Of a stretch of 36,198 bases of DNA, positions 16,301-28,973 are shown one piece after another. This stretch comes from Klebsormidium nitens. Its lineage: Eukaryota > Plantae > Klebsormidiophyceae. A program made the position numbers and the translations under genes. Position 1 is the first letter of the stretch. The number at the start of each line of letters is the position of its first letter. The notes below the pieces were generated by a model, which saw only the letters and a program-made list of their open reading frames with translations, was not told the DNA's origin and did not search any database. Location: positions 1-36,198 of the forward strand of contig DF237702.1 of assembly GCA_000708835.1 (NCBI GenBank). Reading direction: 5' to 3'.

Positions 16301-16399
16301 ATTCACAATGTCTGCATATGCCAGAGTGCTTGACATCGCGCGGGTTTCCTTCTTGACCCTGGGCTTTGGCTGGCTCCTCAAATGAAGAGGGCGCTGCAT
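13348..16399 (-). CDS. KIAA1328/hinderin-like coiled-coil protein with long disordered tail
   Basis: Exons ...16399-16190, 15894-15715 and 15501-~13348 (phase-0 GT-AG junctions). The spliced sequence TLKNLCEEDKQKVARLIRQ|VVSVTKEKEAVQREAAQERASQQAALEGLQAQNRDLLAELTALRLKLLHADGLLRSYQLK resembles my recollection of the KIAA1328 N-terminal motif (LKDLCxEDKxxIAxLIxxL...LLxxYQ). Start and 3' end uncertain. Confidence 0.6.
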
Positions 16400-17316
16400 C
16401 CTTGCACAGCTTGGTTGTTAGCAGGCTGCACCGCCAATTTAGGGGCTTGCCTATTCGCAGAGAACCCTCTTTGCGACTGAAAGGCCCCTGGACTGATGCC
16501 AGAATCTGCATCCATCAGCAATCAATGGTGCATGCTTAGCATCCATCCCGACCTGCACCCATTCAAGGTGGCGAGTTGCTTCATGAGCTCTCATCATTGG
16601 CGTGAGACAGATCTCATAGCCTCCTCAATCCACTGGAAATCTGTTTTAGGGTTTGCAACTGCAGCGCTCACGAGCTAAAGTCTTCATACTGGCAAGTGCG
16701 GACAAGCTGGGGGCTCGCTGGCTGGTGTGCAGCACCACCATGAGGGACTTCCTAACCACATAAAAGACACCGTTTGCTGGAGATGTAGCCTTAGGGCTCC
16801 ACTCCCATGCAAGAGACTGTCATTGTCAATGTCTGCAATGCATGGCGCTCCCCCGGCTTCTCTTTAAAATTAGTAATCAAGGAGAAAGCTTTAATAATAA
16901 TAATATATTTTTACGAAGTGCGGTGACATAGGTAGGTAGTCATTGGAGCAAGTACGACGAAGCATTCTCCTTTTGTTAGTGTCTCAGGCTTCAAAAAGTG
17001 TGAAAACGTTTCACACGCGGGATCATAGGCTCTCAAGGTGTCCGCGTGGAATAAAATGTCAGATCAGGTCCTTCGATCAAAATTTTGTCAGACAATACCG
17101 GTAGTGGGCCGCGGGCGGCGGAAACTCTTTACCGAATGTTAACCAAAAGCAGAGCATCACGCTTGCAAATTTGCACAAACTCTTCACTCTCTTGCCAATG
17201 CCAAGGTGGAGTGGGAATTGCCAAGGTGGAGAGTCACATGTTCCACTTCTCCACTGCTATAATTTAGTAATAGGCAGAAGAGAAGGGCGTATTGACGAAG
17301 TGCGGAGCAGCCCAGC

Positions 17317-19784
17317 ATGATCAGAGTCCGGCACAGACTTGCCACCTTGGCTCAGCATCTGCAGAGCGTTGCCTCGCTGCGACCCTCAGCAGTGGCTCAG
17401 ACGCAGCTGCTTTGCGACAGTGTGCCGAAAGCCCCTCTGCTAGAAACTTTGTCTGCCATCAGCAGCATTGGAGCAGCGAACGACCAATTTGGGTTCGGAA
17501 GTCTTGTGAATCCACAATTGACTGGTTGCTTGGTTGACATCAAACAGCTCAGTCGGAGGACACCGTTTGCAGGCCCCCTAGAGGCGGAGCTGCAAGCTGC
17601 GAGTGCTAGGGCCACTGGGGCCTCCACCCACAAGCCCGAGTGTTCCAGAGTGGTTGCTGAAGAACATATCCGCTGGCCGAGTGCTGCAATCAGGGGCAGC
17701 TCAATCAGGTCGAGGGGGCACCGCTGGCCAGCTGCCACCACCACCACCACCACCCCCCCTTGGCAGTTGCGTACTTTTTCTTCAGACTCTCCACCCAGCA
17801 ATGATGCTCCAGAACTAGCTGATAAGGTGGTCACTTCCCATGAGGGCGCGCAGGAGAAGCTCGTGCTGTATCGCGGGCGGTGGATCAAGCCCCTGCGCCT
17901 GCTGGTCAGGTGAGCGGGGAAGCGAACATGGGCTGGGCCCCCTCCTTGTGATGGACAGTCCCAGCTCTTGGGCCCTTTCGCCGTCTCATTAGTCTGGTTT
18001 CCTATCCAATCAAGGTTTCAAAATCGGCACTGACGGTCCGTCTTTGAATGTGGGCCAGGTTGAAGGTTTTGCAGCTGACGGGGGTGTCGGTGCTGGCCAT
18101 CCCAATTGTGCAGTACACGCAGCATGTGAGTACTGCCGCCACTGGTCTCCCTAGGACCCCCATCCTCCGGAGGTCACCTTTGCGCACTTTCACAGCGTGT
18201 GCTTGGTTTTCTTGCTCACCTTCTTTTGAGGGCTCACTTCCTCCCATTGGCTGCCTGCTGGTCATGTTTTAGTGAGGATTTCGGGAGAGGCATCCTTCGC
18301 GGTACCCTCACACTGCGGCTGCCAATCCAAGCTTTGGCGCTTGGTTGTGTGGTCATTACTTTCAGCCCTGTCCTCACCAATCTGCCGCCTCCTCTGCGGC
18401 TCAGTCCTTCGCCCCTTCCGTACACTATGCCATGCTTGATCCCCGCGTCCGTCAGGTGCCACAGCCCCTCGGGCACTGAACCACCTGAATCGTGTTGCCT
18501 GGCCTCACTTAAGCAGGCGCTGCACTCTCGATGCAGGGTCACGTGACGGTAGGGACCTACGCCGCAGTTGGGCTGGTCGTGAGCGGAGCGGCGATCGCCT
18601 CTGCGGCCCTCTGGTTCTACTCCCGCAGGTGACTCTGCCGGGCGTCCGTCAGAGACTTCGTGGGCTCTTGAATCTGAGATCCGTGTCAGCTCTATGCTTG
18701 TTTGCTTCACCACCTATAAGAATTGCGGAAATGCGGGATCTAGAAAAAAGGCAATCGTATGGGCTCGTTTTGACCCTGGTCAATTCAGCCTCGCTTGGCC
18801 GAAAGCCAGGACTTCAGCAGCCACAAGCCTTTGAGTACACGCTTCGCGCGTGTCGCTCTCGGTCTCTTCTCATGCGTGCAACCCTTGTAGCGGCTGTGCG
18901 CTAATGCCCTGCCGCCCGCAGGTACATTGGGGAGCTGAGCCTGCTGCTCCCAAAGAAGCGCGCTGTTCGCTTTAGCACCCTGGACTTCTGGGGCAGGCGC
19001 CAGGACACAGACGTCGCCATCAGGTACGGCATGCCGCGAGCAACTCACCCTAGCCGCCCGCCAATCTTGTATCACTCCTCCTCAGTCGCTTTTAGTTGTT
19101 TGTCTCCACAGGATCCGCACGGTTTTCACTCCTACCATATCCCCGTCAGGATCAGCGGGTAAGTTCTTCAACCCGGGACTAGGAGTGAGGTACCTATGCC
19201 CTCTCATTAGATTATGTAGTCAGTGGGCTGTGAAAGTGAAGAACCTGTTTGCGGTGTGTGAGTTTCGTCATGATCCGCCACTTCGTCGATGAGCACTGTG
19301 GCACTGACTCTGGGTACGGCCTGCTGTGTTCAGCCGGCTCGTTCCCCCTCTCAAAGGCCTGGGCCCGGCAGCGCTGCGCGAAGTGGCCCAGCATGCCTTT
19401 GTGCCGCTGGAAGGTGAGCCGCTCCGCATCACATCGACCCGCAGGCAGTGGCACGTGCTGGGCACTCCCCTCCATGTAGTGGCAGTGATTTGAGTTGTTT
19501 CGACTGGAACCTCGTGGAGAGAGCTGACAGAGACGGTGGACGAACGCATCACTGAAACAACCAAAGGCCTCTGATTCACTGCGCCAATGCTTTTTGAACG
19601 GCCACCTTTATTGGCGAGAGTCTTGAGCTTGAGGCGTTAAGATCCCGCAACATGCACAACCCTGTTTTATTACTTTGGTGCAGTCACTGGTGACCGGCAG
19701 TACATCCTCAGCCTTCGACACGGACACCTGCTTGAGAAGGACGCCCTCATTCACCTGCTGACCAAGGACAGTCAACAAGTGTGA
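17317..19784 (+). CDS. TMEM186-like mitochondrial membrane protein
   Basis: Exons 17317-17909, 18059-18125, 18537-18628, 18922-19023, 19334-19413, 19684-19784 join in frame. Presequence-like N-terminus ending RTFSS; LYRGRWIKPLRLLVRLKVLQL, two hydrophobic helices, RRYIGELSL, LDFWGRRQD, GDRQYILSLRHG. Confidence 0.75.
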
Positions 19785-19824
19785 GGCAGGGCGGCTGAGA
19801 GCTCGCGGACTCACTCTCTACAGC

Positions 19825-20330
19825 ACACCATGCACTGTCTGATTGCTGCAGGCGTGCATCGCGTGCACAGATCGACTCATGTCGGGCGGCAGCCAACTCT
19901 TGCCTGTCCAGCTACGATCAGATTATCCGGGATCGATTTCGGTCTGTGTCGAGCTGCTCAAATCAAGCCATCATTGTGATGCACATGAATGCCTATGATC
20001 GCTGTAGCAGTTCCACTAGATTGCTATCATTGCTAGACGTTGGAGCTCTAGCATGCCCGGCAGCCCCAAGCTAGCCATGGTCCAGCAATCCGGGTGCATA
20101 TATCTCGTGTGTGAGCCACAGACGGCCATGATGCATTTCGTAGCCTTTCGTACATCTGTCTAGTATCAACAATGACAATTATAGCGTCACTGGCACCACA
20201 GTGATCTAGTTAGACGGGGTCGATTGGATCGAGCGGCCATATGCATGTCGATCGGAGACCGCCGGCCGTCTCTGCCACAGTGCAGCGGCCACACTTTTCA
20301 ACATGAACGTGTGATGTAACTTTATTCAAG
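19825..20330. other. Palindrome-rich block C (convergent spacer TMEM186-like / CTDSPL2-like)
   Basis: 8 CATG and 7 GATC plus several CTAG/AGCT/TGCA/TCGA; near-palindrome GAGACCGCCGGCCGTCTC (20255-20272); minus-strand AATAAA at 20321-20326. Confidence 0.7.
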
Positions 20331-20751
20331 CAGCAGCTCAAGCAATCCTAGTGCATGCAGCCTGGTCAGATGCTGAGTCACACATTGTATGCTGCCATCC
20401 AATCAGCGAAGGCATCGTGCAATACACAACAGATGGTGCTTGGGTTTGTAGGCCATGCTTCGTGCATTTTGATTGGCAGCAACCAATCAAAGTCCTGCTT
20501 CGGAATATCTAGCCCGCTGTCCCATTCAAAAACGAAAACTGTCTGTTTCGCACGTTAGGTCCCAAATTCCCCCCCTTGGGACCAACATAAATGTCGTGTT
20601 CTCAATTGGAACTAATGAATGGTTGCAATGGTCCTAGAGATTGAGCCGGTTGGTTGCTTCTAGAACTCTTGTTCTACGTGTCCTTGGGTTGGCAGTCGTC
20701 TAGATTACCTCAGCCCTCCGATGTACATCACACCGGCTGCAGCCCCACTCC

Positions 20752-23700
20752 TTAGCGCAACAGCGGGTCTCCCAGACCCTTTTCTGGGGGCTCCTGAGCC
20801 GCTTCTATTTTCTCTCTCAGGTTAAACTCCTTCAGGACTAATGGCCTGACGTCCTCTACTCCGACTAGGCTTTCCAGGAATGGCAGCAGTGTCAGCAAGG
20901 CGGAATCCTCCTGGTCGTCAAACCAGCTCTCGATGGGGATGCCGTTTTCAACCTGCGTACCGCACATCACGAGCTTTCAGGATGCAAGAAGGCGCCGATG
21001 TTTCATTTCCATGATTAGATTGAGCTGAGGGTGGCCAAGAATAGAAGCAAAGAGGGCGGATCCGTGTTCCAAGAATAACCTCCGCTGACCGCATCCGCAT
21101 CCTGAAGATATGCAGCCTCCGAATATGGATGCAGAACAGCTAGATTGTCGACAAATCTACAAGAACTCGGCAAAAACAGAGCTCGCAATCACCCCGTTGT
21201 CGGAGTGGCGGCACAACCAAGTGAAAACGGACGCATGCAAACCGGGCACGCAGGCACCTAAACAAAGACAAGAGTAGAACGCCAGACACCAATCTGGAGG
21301 GCCAAAGGTTACCACCTCAGTCTTTTCGTACTTCAAGCGGCATCAACAACCTTCCCACAGTTATACGCAGGAACAAGAACAAGCAAAAGGGGCCTGGGAG
21401 GGCCGTACCTGGAAGCCAAACGCCTGCGGGGAGTTGTCCACAATAACTGTCTTGGCGAGGTCCCGGCCGAGCACGGAGAGGTCCTTGAGGTAGTTGCCCT
21501 CCACGTACACGCACGACTCGCGGAAGATGCGGTGGCGGATGAGGCGCCGCTTGGGGTCCAGGATGTTGAGCAGCGTCTCCGCGTACACGCTCTGGCTCGC
21601 GGTGAACACAATGATCTCAAAAAGCTGCGCCACGCGCTCCATGAACTGCTCCAAGTGCGGCCGCCGCCGCACATACACCTGCACCAGTCAAGAATGCCTC
21701 TGCTTAAGAGGATGGGAGGCAAGTGCAGACACAATCCTTTACTAGCGCACGTCGTCCACAATTCATCGTCCCATTCGAACCCGTGAGAGCTTTCGACCTG
21801 CCATTTGAAGCAGGCCAGCTCAGCATCTCACGAAATCAGCAAGCATTTGTCGCCTTGCCATAGTGCTGTCCTCCCCAAATTCGCCTGTTGCGGGCAGCAT
21901 GCTACCAGAAATGACGTTGTTCTAGCCAGCTGCAAAGGTGAGCAAACACGAAAAGGGCTAGCTTACGCTGGCCGCCCCTGCCTCTCCCCTCACACTGTCA
22001 GCCCGCTCACCGTATGCTTGCAGCCGTTGAAGTGCACGGGGAAGTTGAAGTCGGCGTCGTCGCACAGCTCCAGGGTGGAGTGCACCAGCGTCTCGTCCAG
22101 GTCCAGCACCAGCGTGATGGGCGGGGATCGCCGCGTCTGCTTGGGCAGCAGCACCGGCCGGCACACCGGCACGCACTCCGCCAGCAGCGGCAGCCGCTTG
22201 ATGAACAGGTACGGGTCGAAGTCGTCGTAGTCGTCATCGTCCCCCTCCTCCCCGCTCGCCGCGTCCTCGTCCTCGCACTCCAGCGCCACCGCTGTGTCTG
22301 CGCCGTCCCCCCGCACAATCACCAGCGACCTCTCCTCCTCCTCCTCCTCAACAATCGTGGTGATCTTGGGCTCACCATCTCCCCCCCCTTCTCCGCTCCC
22401 TTCCGAGCCGTCCCCAGTGCCCGTCCCCCTGGCCGCTGCCTCAGGAACGCTCTCGGCCAACTCTTTCCCCGGAACCTCTACCGCACCCTTCCCCTGCCGC
22501 CCTTGGACCAGCGGCTTTCCTAGCTCCTGGGCAGCTTGTGTTGCCCGGGAGGTGGCGGTGGAGACCACCGCGTCTCTGCTGTGCACCACAGTACCTGCGA
22601 AAGCCAGCCGCAGGCCATGAGTCCAGATGCTTTTCTGGTGACAAAGTCCTGCCCTGAATACATCTGGCTTGCATGATGAGAACGAGTTGCCGGAAGAGAC
22701 TTACTAGGAGTCCCCTTCCTTGAACTTCTCAAGAAGTTGAAATGTACGATGAGCAGAATCGAGATAAGCTGTTGTCCAGCAGTTGCTTGATATGGAAGAA
22801 GCAGACGGAGCTGCTGGGCAATCGCAGCAAGGCTGGTGCTTGCTTACCTTGACTACTAACCCTGCTTACAGTCTTGGAATGGGCGGCCCCCTCCTTTGCC
22901 CCAAACAACGTGAAGACAGGCGAAAAAATGGTCTCAATGATCGAGCTGCTCCGAGACTGTGGCGCTTCGTGACCACGGCGCACTCGCTCGCTGTTGTCTG
23001 GGGAGGGGGCAGCTGAAGTCGACTTGGGATCCTGCAGATCAAAGGCAGGTATTTGCGCTGCACCTTGCACACCATGCAGCAGCCCAAACATCAGCTTGGG
23101 CATACTACCAGTCTGTGCTTGACAAGTGCCATTCACAGCATCCATCGGCATGGGAATGAGACTCTTCAAGAACCTCAAAACTTGCAGTGTGCAACGTTGA
23201 ACCGAAAAATAAATCTTTGCCCCGCAATCAGGTTTCCAAGTTGACACACACCTCAGTCTGCACGACCTCCCCATCGCGCTCAACTGCATCTTCCAGGTCT
23301 TTGTTGGCCTTCTCTTCATGTGCAGGCCCGTCAAGCGGCGGATGAGGCCAAAGGGGTGAGGTTACCAATGGCAGCGCTTCTCCTGCCCAAAAGAAAGCAT
23401 TGCAATAAGCAGACCTTCAGTGAAGCAGTTGCTCAATAAGCTTGACAGAGGAGCCTGGAGCACCTGGGCAATGAGCATCTATTGCAATCTGTACCCGCAC
23501 TTACAAGCGGCAGGTGCACAGCCCTAGGAAAAACCATGGCGATTCCGTCTGATTGCCACTGGTGCTTGTGTGCTCACCAGGTCGCCGCCGTTTTGAGGCA
23601 GATGTGATCATAGTCTGAGCATCCGTCCTGGTACCCGCCCCCGTTGGAGTGTCTGGTTTCAACCTTTTATGAGACCTCGGCGTATGTGCTGCAACTTGCG

Positions 23701-23764
23701 GCTCCTCTGTAGCAGGCTTCGGCATCCTCCTTGCCTTAGCAGGCACTTTGCGTGCCCTTGCCAT
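20752..23764 (-). CDS. CTD small phosphatase-like (CTDSPL2/SCP4-type, FCP1-like HAD) protein
   Basis: Exons 23764-23578, 23382-23252, 23031-22848, 22594-22011, 21678-21409, 20952-20752 join in frame. TIFSPVF motif, [11 protein letters not shown], catalytic [12 protein letters not shown] (DxDxT), [43 protein letters not shown]. Confidence 0.92.
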
Positions 23765-25149
23765 TGTCAAATCTGCAAAAGCGATGCAAATAGGACTCAA
23801 GAAACCAACCATTAAAGTGTGCAAAGGACCTCAACTCCACATATGTCACCCGTGTGCTACAGTATTGCTGACAGAACATCATGAAGGCATCAAACGAAAG
23901 GACTTTGGATTTTCCCGGTCTGCCCAAAAACCTGGAAGTTGGCACGCTTTGTAAGTGTGATGAACGAGTTAATGAAATGGTGCCTGGATTCCAATCAGCT
24001 TCCTATGGAGCAGAAACCTAGCACATTTTTATAAAGAAGAGAAAGAGCTACTGCCAAAAAGAGAGAATCACAGCCAAATCAACAAGGTAACATTGCACTT
24101 ACCTTACCTCAGAAAGTTTGGCAGATCGAGCAAATATGCACCCCAAGATTAGCTATGGCTCTAGCAAAAACCTAAAATCCCCTCTGCGGTCCAGGCCGGC
24201 GCCTTTGAACCCAATATGAGAGCGCCTACGTCGCCAAAGCGAGCAAAGCTGAGCAACTGCGCGTTCTAAGAGCCGATGGCCAGAATGTCGAGTTTTGCAA
24301 AGCCCTCCTGGCCCGGACCCTGTCCACTCTGAAACCTGTTTCCTTCTTTGCTAATCGCCTCTCGCCTCTCTCTGCTAGGCGTCTACCTACGTACCTATCC
24401 GCCTCCCCAACTTGCTCGAAAACTCCCAACTCCCAGACAACCTCCCCTTCATTCTTTCCAGATGCAGGCTGCAGCCTCAGGTCGATTGGGAGCTTCGCAA
24501 TGCGCATACCTAAAGCAAAACCTCATGTGGCTGATTTCATAGAGATTGTTCAGATTTGGTACCCGTTGGACGATGCGCCCGGGGGCAAGGTCTGGGCTCT
24601 GAAGGCTCACTGGTCAAAAGTTTTGCCGCACGGCTCTCCTACCAGGATTCCGGTGGTCCGCTTGGCCTCCCGACCTGATGGGTGGCCCTTGCTGCTTCAT
24701 GCAAGGGCCGTGACTCACCCCGGGTCCCGGTGTACCGGGGACTTAGAAGTACTGTGGTCCCCGGGGAAGGCTCCCCTTTCCAGATCACATTTTACAACAG
24801 AGCTACGGTCCTACCGTCAGATGGTCCAGACGGACGGCTCGAGATGATCCGCAGCCCAAGGGCTGATGCCCTCCCGGTGGATGGTGAGCCTGTCAAGAAG
24901 AGGAACATCACATGTGATCATCACAGTGATGCATGATTCACGACTCTGATGCCTTCTGCTCCGAGCACCATCACACATCATGTCACATGTGCGTCGTGAC
25001 ACTGATTCTGAAGGATACAGCCAGGGTACAGCGGCAGGCTGTTGCCAGCATTGTTGCGGCCGCCGCCACTGCCCTGCTACTAGTGCTAGTAGTAGTAGGA
25101 CCTACTGTAGTACGGTACATACTCTATAGGCTTACGCAGCATTAGAACC

Positions 25150-28100
25150 ATGGCGGCTGTGGCCTCAGCGCGCCAGAAATTCCTTGGAGGGACCGCTCGC
25201 TTTCAAGAGCTGAAGTCTGCCAGTACTCCTTTGGAAACAACTTCCATAAATGTCGGTGCATCTACTAGAAGACTTTCGTCCAAGCCCTCTTTGTCAAGAA
25301 CAATCAGCTACGGTCTGTCCTCACTCTGTTGGAGCGGGCCAATTGACATCAGTAGGCGAAAACCTTTTGCAACTTGGCGGAAAGACTGCTGTTCTAAAGT
25401 CTCTACCAAAGGGCATGGGGTCAGGCGGCATTGGCGCCAGGCAGCAATGGCGAGTGATGGTCCTATTGAGGAGCCACAGAGTACAGACAACGGCAGCAAT
25501 GAAGGGAGCACGTCCGGTTCAGATTCTGACAAGTGAGACACTTCGTGCCGAAGCGGAACATTGAAAGCACCACCGTAGATGCAGTGGCTACCCGTCTGCA
25601 AGCTTTTCTCGCCACTGTCTGATTGATTTGAGAGTTAGTCACCATCAACTTTGTGGGTTGTCTCTGCTCTTGCTATTGGCATAGCTGGTCGTGTCCGAAA
25701 TGGAATGCGAAATCAAAAAGATGCCTTCATTACAGAAAATGCGGGCAGCTTACCACTGCGTAGTCATGCTTCTCAATCCTGTTGGGGTGCACTGTGGACT
25801 GGTTCACCAACTGACTAGTTCTTCATGCTGCGCTGTACTTTGACTCCATAAATCTGGCCCCTGGCTGCTGCACTCAATCGTTTGTCTCAGCAAGTGCAAC
25901 GTATTGCATCGAGGGCTGGGGCAACTACTGCTTTGCTAGTACCACCACCAGAGAGCACACTTAAACGGGTCTTGAGTATAAGTGCCCATGCTTCTTTTGC
26001 AGTGTGACTGTGGGCCTGGCAGAGCAGTTTTGTATCATTGAGGGGGCAGAGACAATGCAGGACTTTGCCCGGATGCAGCTAAAAGAAATCAAGGAGAACA
26101 TCGCAAGCCGCAGGAATAAGATATTTCTGCTCATGGAAGAGGTACGAATCACTGCCCTCTTGACCATGGTGTGAGTGGTGTCTGCCAGGTTCGGTGGTCG
26201 GTCAGTGATTCTGTGTTCTCCCCTTCTCATGCCCTCAGATGATGCACGCAGCTTGAAGGTTGCCAGTTCTTCATGATGTGGCAGAGCAGAAGAGTGTCGA
26301 TGGCCTTGAGCAAGGGGTAGAAAACTTGGCATGAGTTTCATCCAGGTGCGGCGACTGCGCATTCAGCAGCGGTTGAAGAGTGCGGAGAAGAGTCTCCAAG
26401 AGGACTCTGAAGACGAGACGGCGTACCCGTCGTCTATTCCGTTCCTCCCGCCCTTGGTGAGTATGGCTGCACTGATGCGAAGTTCTTGTGCTGGCCCTTG
26501 GACTCATCTGAAGGGGAGTTATGTTTACATTAGCCTCTGAACCGCTAATGTGCAAATCACTCTACATAACGGGTTTCATTGCCCTTCAAAACTGGGCATG
26601 GCTGGCTGGCAGTGGCAGCTCATATGAACATCTTAGAGTGCAGCAACAACCTTGGCAATCGAGCAAGTCAGAGACAGATGACGCAAGCCCTGACCGGTTT
26701 TCGTTTGCAGACCAAAACAGACCTTCGCCAGAAGTACTACGTCACCTTCTTCTCAATGATTGGCGCAGTCATCGTGTTTGGAGGCTTCTTCGCACCTGTG
26801 GTAAGTTTGAGAAAGTGTTCTTACTCGTAGATAGTCTGGACAGAACCAGAGAAAAGAGCTTGAGAGCAATTTCTTTGGTTCTGTCCAGTCTATCTACGAG
26901 TCAATTCTCAATCACGCAAAGGAAGCATATAGATGAAAGGCGTGTTCGTGGTGACAACTTGAACCTTCGCACTGTGAAATGAAATTCAGAATCTTGCCGA
27001 AAGTGCGTGCACGACCTACGCTGTAAGATTCTGAGAGGTAATGTTGTTGGAGAACCTTGAAAACTTTCCCGTCATAGTTAAGACCGGTTGCTATTTTCGA
27101 GAGTGTCCGAGCGGGGACAAGGAGAAGCTGTTTTCGCAAATTCAGAACCGAGGACACTGTTGGAAGGTGTCAGTTTCGGGATTTGCAGTGTTCTCAGTTC
27201 TTGGACGCTTTCCTTGAAGGAGCTCCGACGGCTTCTAAGCTTGCCCCAGAGTCCATTCGCGCGAGGAAGTCAATGAACATGTGATTGAGTTCCTCAAGTC
27301 TATCCGACGATTCAAACCCACCTACAATAAAAGCTCAGCCTTCTGTCACGACTCAACAACTTTCCAACAGCGTATTCGGTTTCGCTTCTGCGACGATTGT
27401 TTTTCCTTGTCCATGCTTTGTCCGCTTGAGCTTGTGTGCAGTTTGGAGAAGGCTTCCCACTGATTTGGCCCCTCATATGCCCTTACAGTTGGAGTTGAAG
27501 CTTGGAATTGGCGGAACGTCCTACGCGGACTTCATCAGAAGCCTGAACCTGCCAATTCAGCTCAGGTTCGTCCGTTTCCCTTGATTACAGTGGCACTGAA
27601 TGACCAGTGGTTCTTTACTGCTGACAACATTGTTGTACTGGCAGGATACCTTCCCTTGTCTTACTTTTGGCACTTGCGCGACTGGCCTCTGATGTCCTTT
27701 CAAGGCTTGCTGACTCTCAGGCGCTTGGACACGCGGGTCTGGGCATGCTGGTGACCCTTTTCTCGGCCTCGTTCCTGTGCAGTCAAGTGGACCCGATTGT
27801 CGCCTCGTTCTCGGGTGGCGCTGTGGGTGTGCTGTCGTCGCTCATGATTGTGGAGCTCAACAATGTGTCACTTCAGGAGGAGAAGAAGTGCCACTACTGT
27901 GAAGGAAGCGGTGAGGACCCCTGACGCTGCTTTCTCTTAGCTCCAAGGGCATAGTCCCCTGCTTTGCTGTCTGCTGTGGCGGGGTTCCAACTTTCTCTAT
28001 GCAGCCAAGATGGTCCGAGGTTGGACGTTGCCTCTCTGCCGTTTAAATAATTCTTCCACAGTCAGACTGGTACATCCATAGCACTAGTCTCTAGAAGGGA

Positions 28101-28973
28101 AGTTGAGGCGCGAAGGTTCTTGAAGATTTCCTGCTGCTTGTCCCAGCCACTCTTTGGCCTGATTCCATCACTTCGAGGACGTCGTCCTGCCAAGGGGAAG
28201 CTGTGCAGTTGAGCGGATTCAAAAGGATGTGTCTCGTGCCTTGTCTCCAAAAAAGCGAATGGCGGCCAATGACAGGCAATTGGCTGCACCTGGGGACGTC
28301 GTTGACTGCAGAAGGGCTATCATTCTAGTTGCGGCACTGCGGTTGGCCGGGAACGAAGGGATGGCCGAGTTCTTGCCGCAGTCGATTGACAAGCGAGCAG
28401 AATTCATGACAAGCAGTTACCAGAGGTGTGACTGATTGGACCGGGCGGGTTCCGTGCAGGGTACCTGGCGTGCGCCAAGTGCGGCGGCATGGGCGCCATC
28501 CTGGACCCGGGGGAGCGCGAGCAGCTCAGGGAGCAGCTCATCACCGCGGGGAAGGTGGGCGGGGCCAGCCGGCAGGTGGCGCTCAAGAAGCTGCGCGCGG
28601 AGCGGTGCAACAACTGCAGTGGCGCCGGCAAGGTAGGGCCGCGGAACCAGTGCGACTCGTGCTGGCAGGCGCTGTTACCGTGGGTGTGACTGGGACGAAG
28701 CAAGATCAATCAAACAAGCCGTACGATGTCCTGATGAACGGTCCCTGCGACGTTGCTCAAGAAACTGTACCCGGAGATGTCAACGCCCTTTTCACTGACG
28801 ATCGCTGGTATAGTATGATTTATGTTGACAGGTCACTTCACGATCTTCTGCACCTATGCTGCGGACTTGTAAAGCGATTCATTTGTCCGTGCCAGGTCAT
28901 GTGCCCCACTTGCTTGTGCACCGGGATGGCCCTAGCCACGGAGCACGACCCCAGGATTGACCCGTTCGATTGA
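25150..28973 (+). CDS. OR: ORANGE (OR) family DnaJ-like zinc-finger plastid chaperone
   Basis: Exons 25150-25532, 26003-26141, 26346-26456, 26711-26800, 27489-27565, 27783-27910, 28460-28632, 28896-28973 join in frame. FCIIEGAETMQDF, NIASRRNKIFLLMEEVRRLRIQQR, LGIGGTSYADFI, QVDPIVASFSGGAVGV, four CxxCxGxG repeats, terminal EHDPRIDPFD. OR versus OR-like paralog not resolved. Confidence 0.93.

Noticed and set aside
16644-16654. TTTTAGGGTTT telomere-like/telo-box motif; weaker copies near 324, 1555, 1617
   Set aside because: Isolated single units, no array; plausible promoter telo-boxes but not distinguishable from chance here.
17735-17760. (CCA)n run
   Set aside because: Encodes a Thr/Pro stretch in the TMEM186-like presequence; ordinary coding microsatellite.
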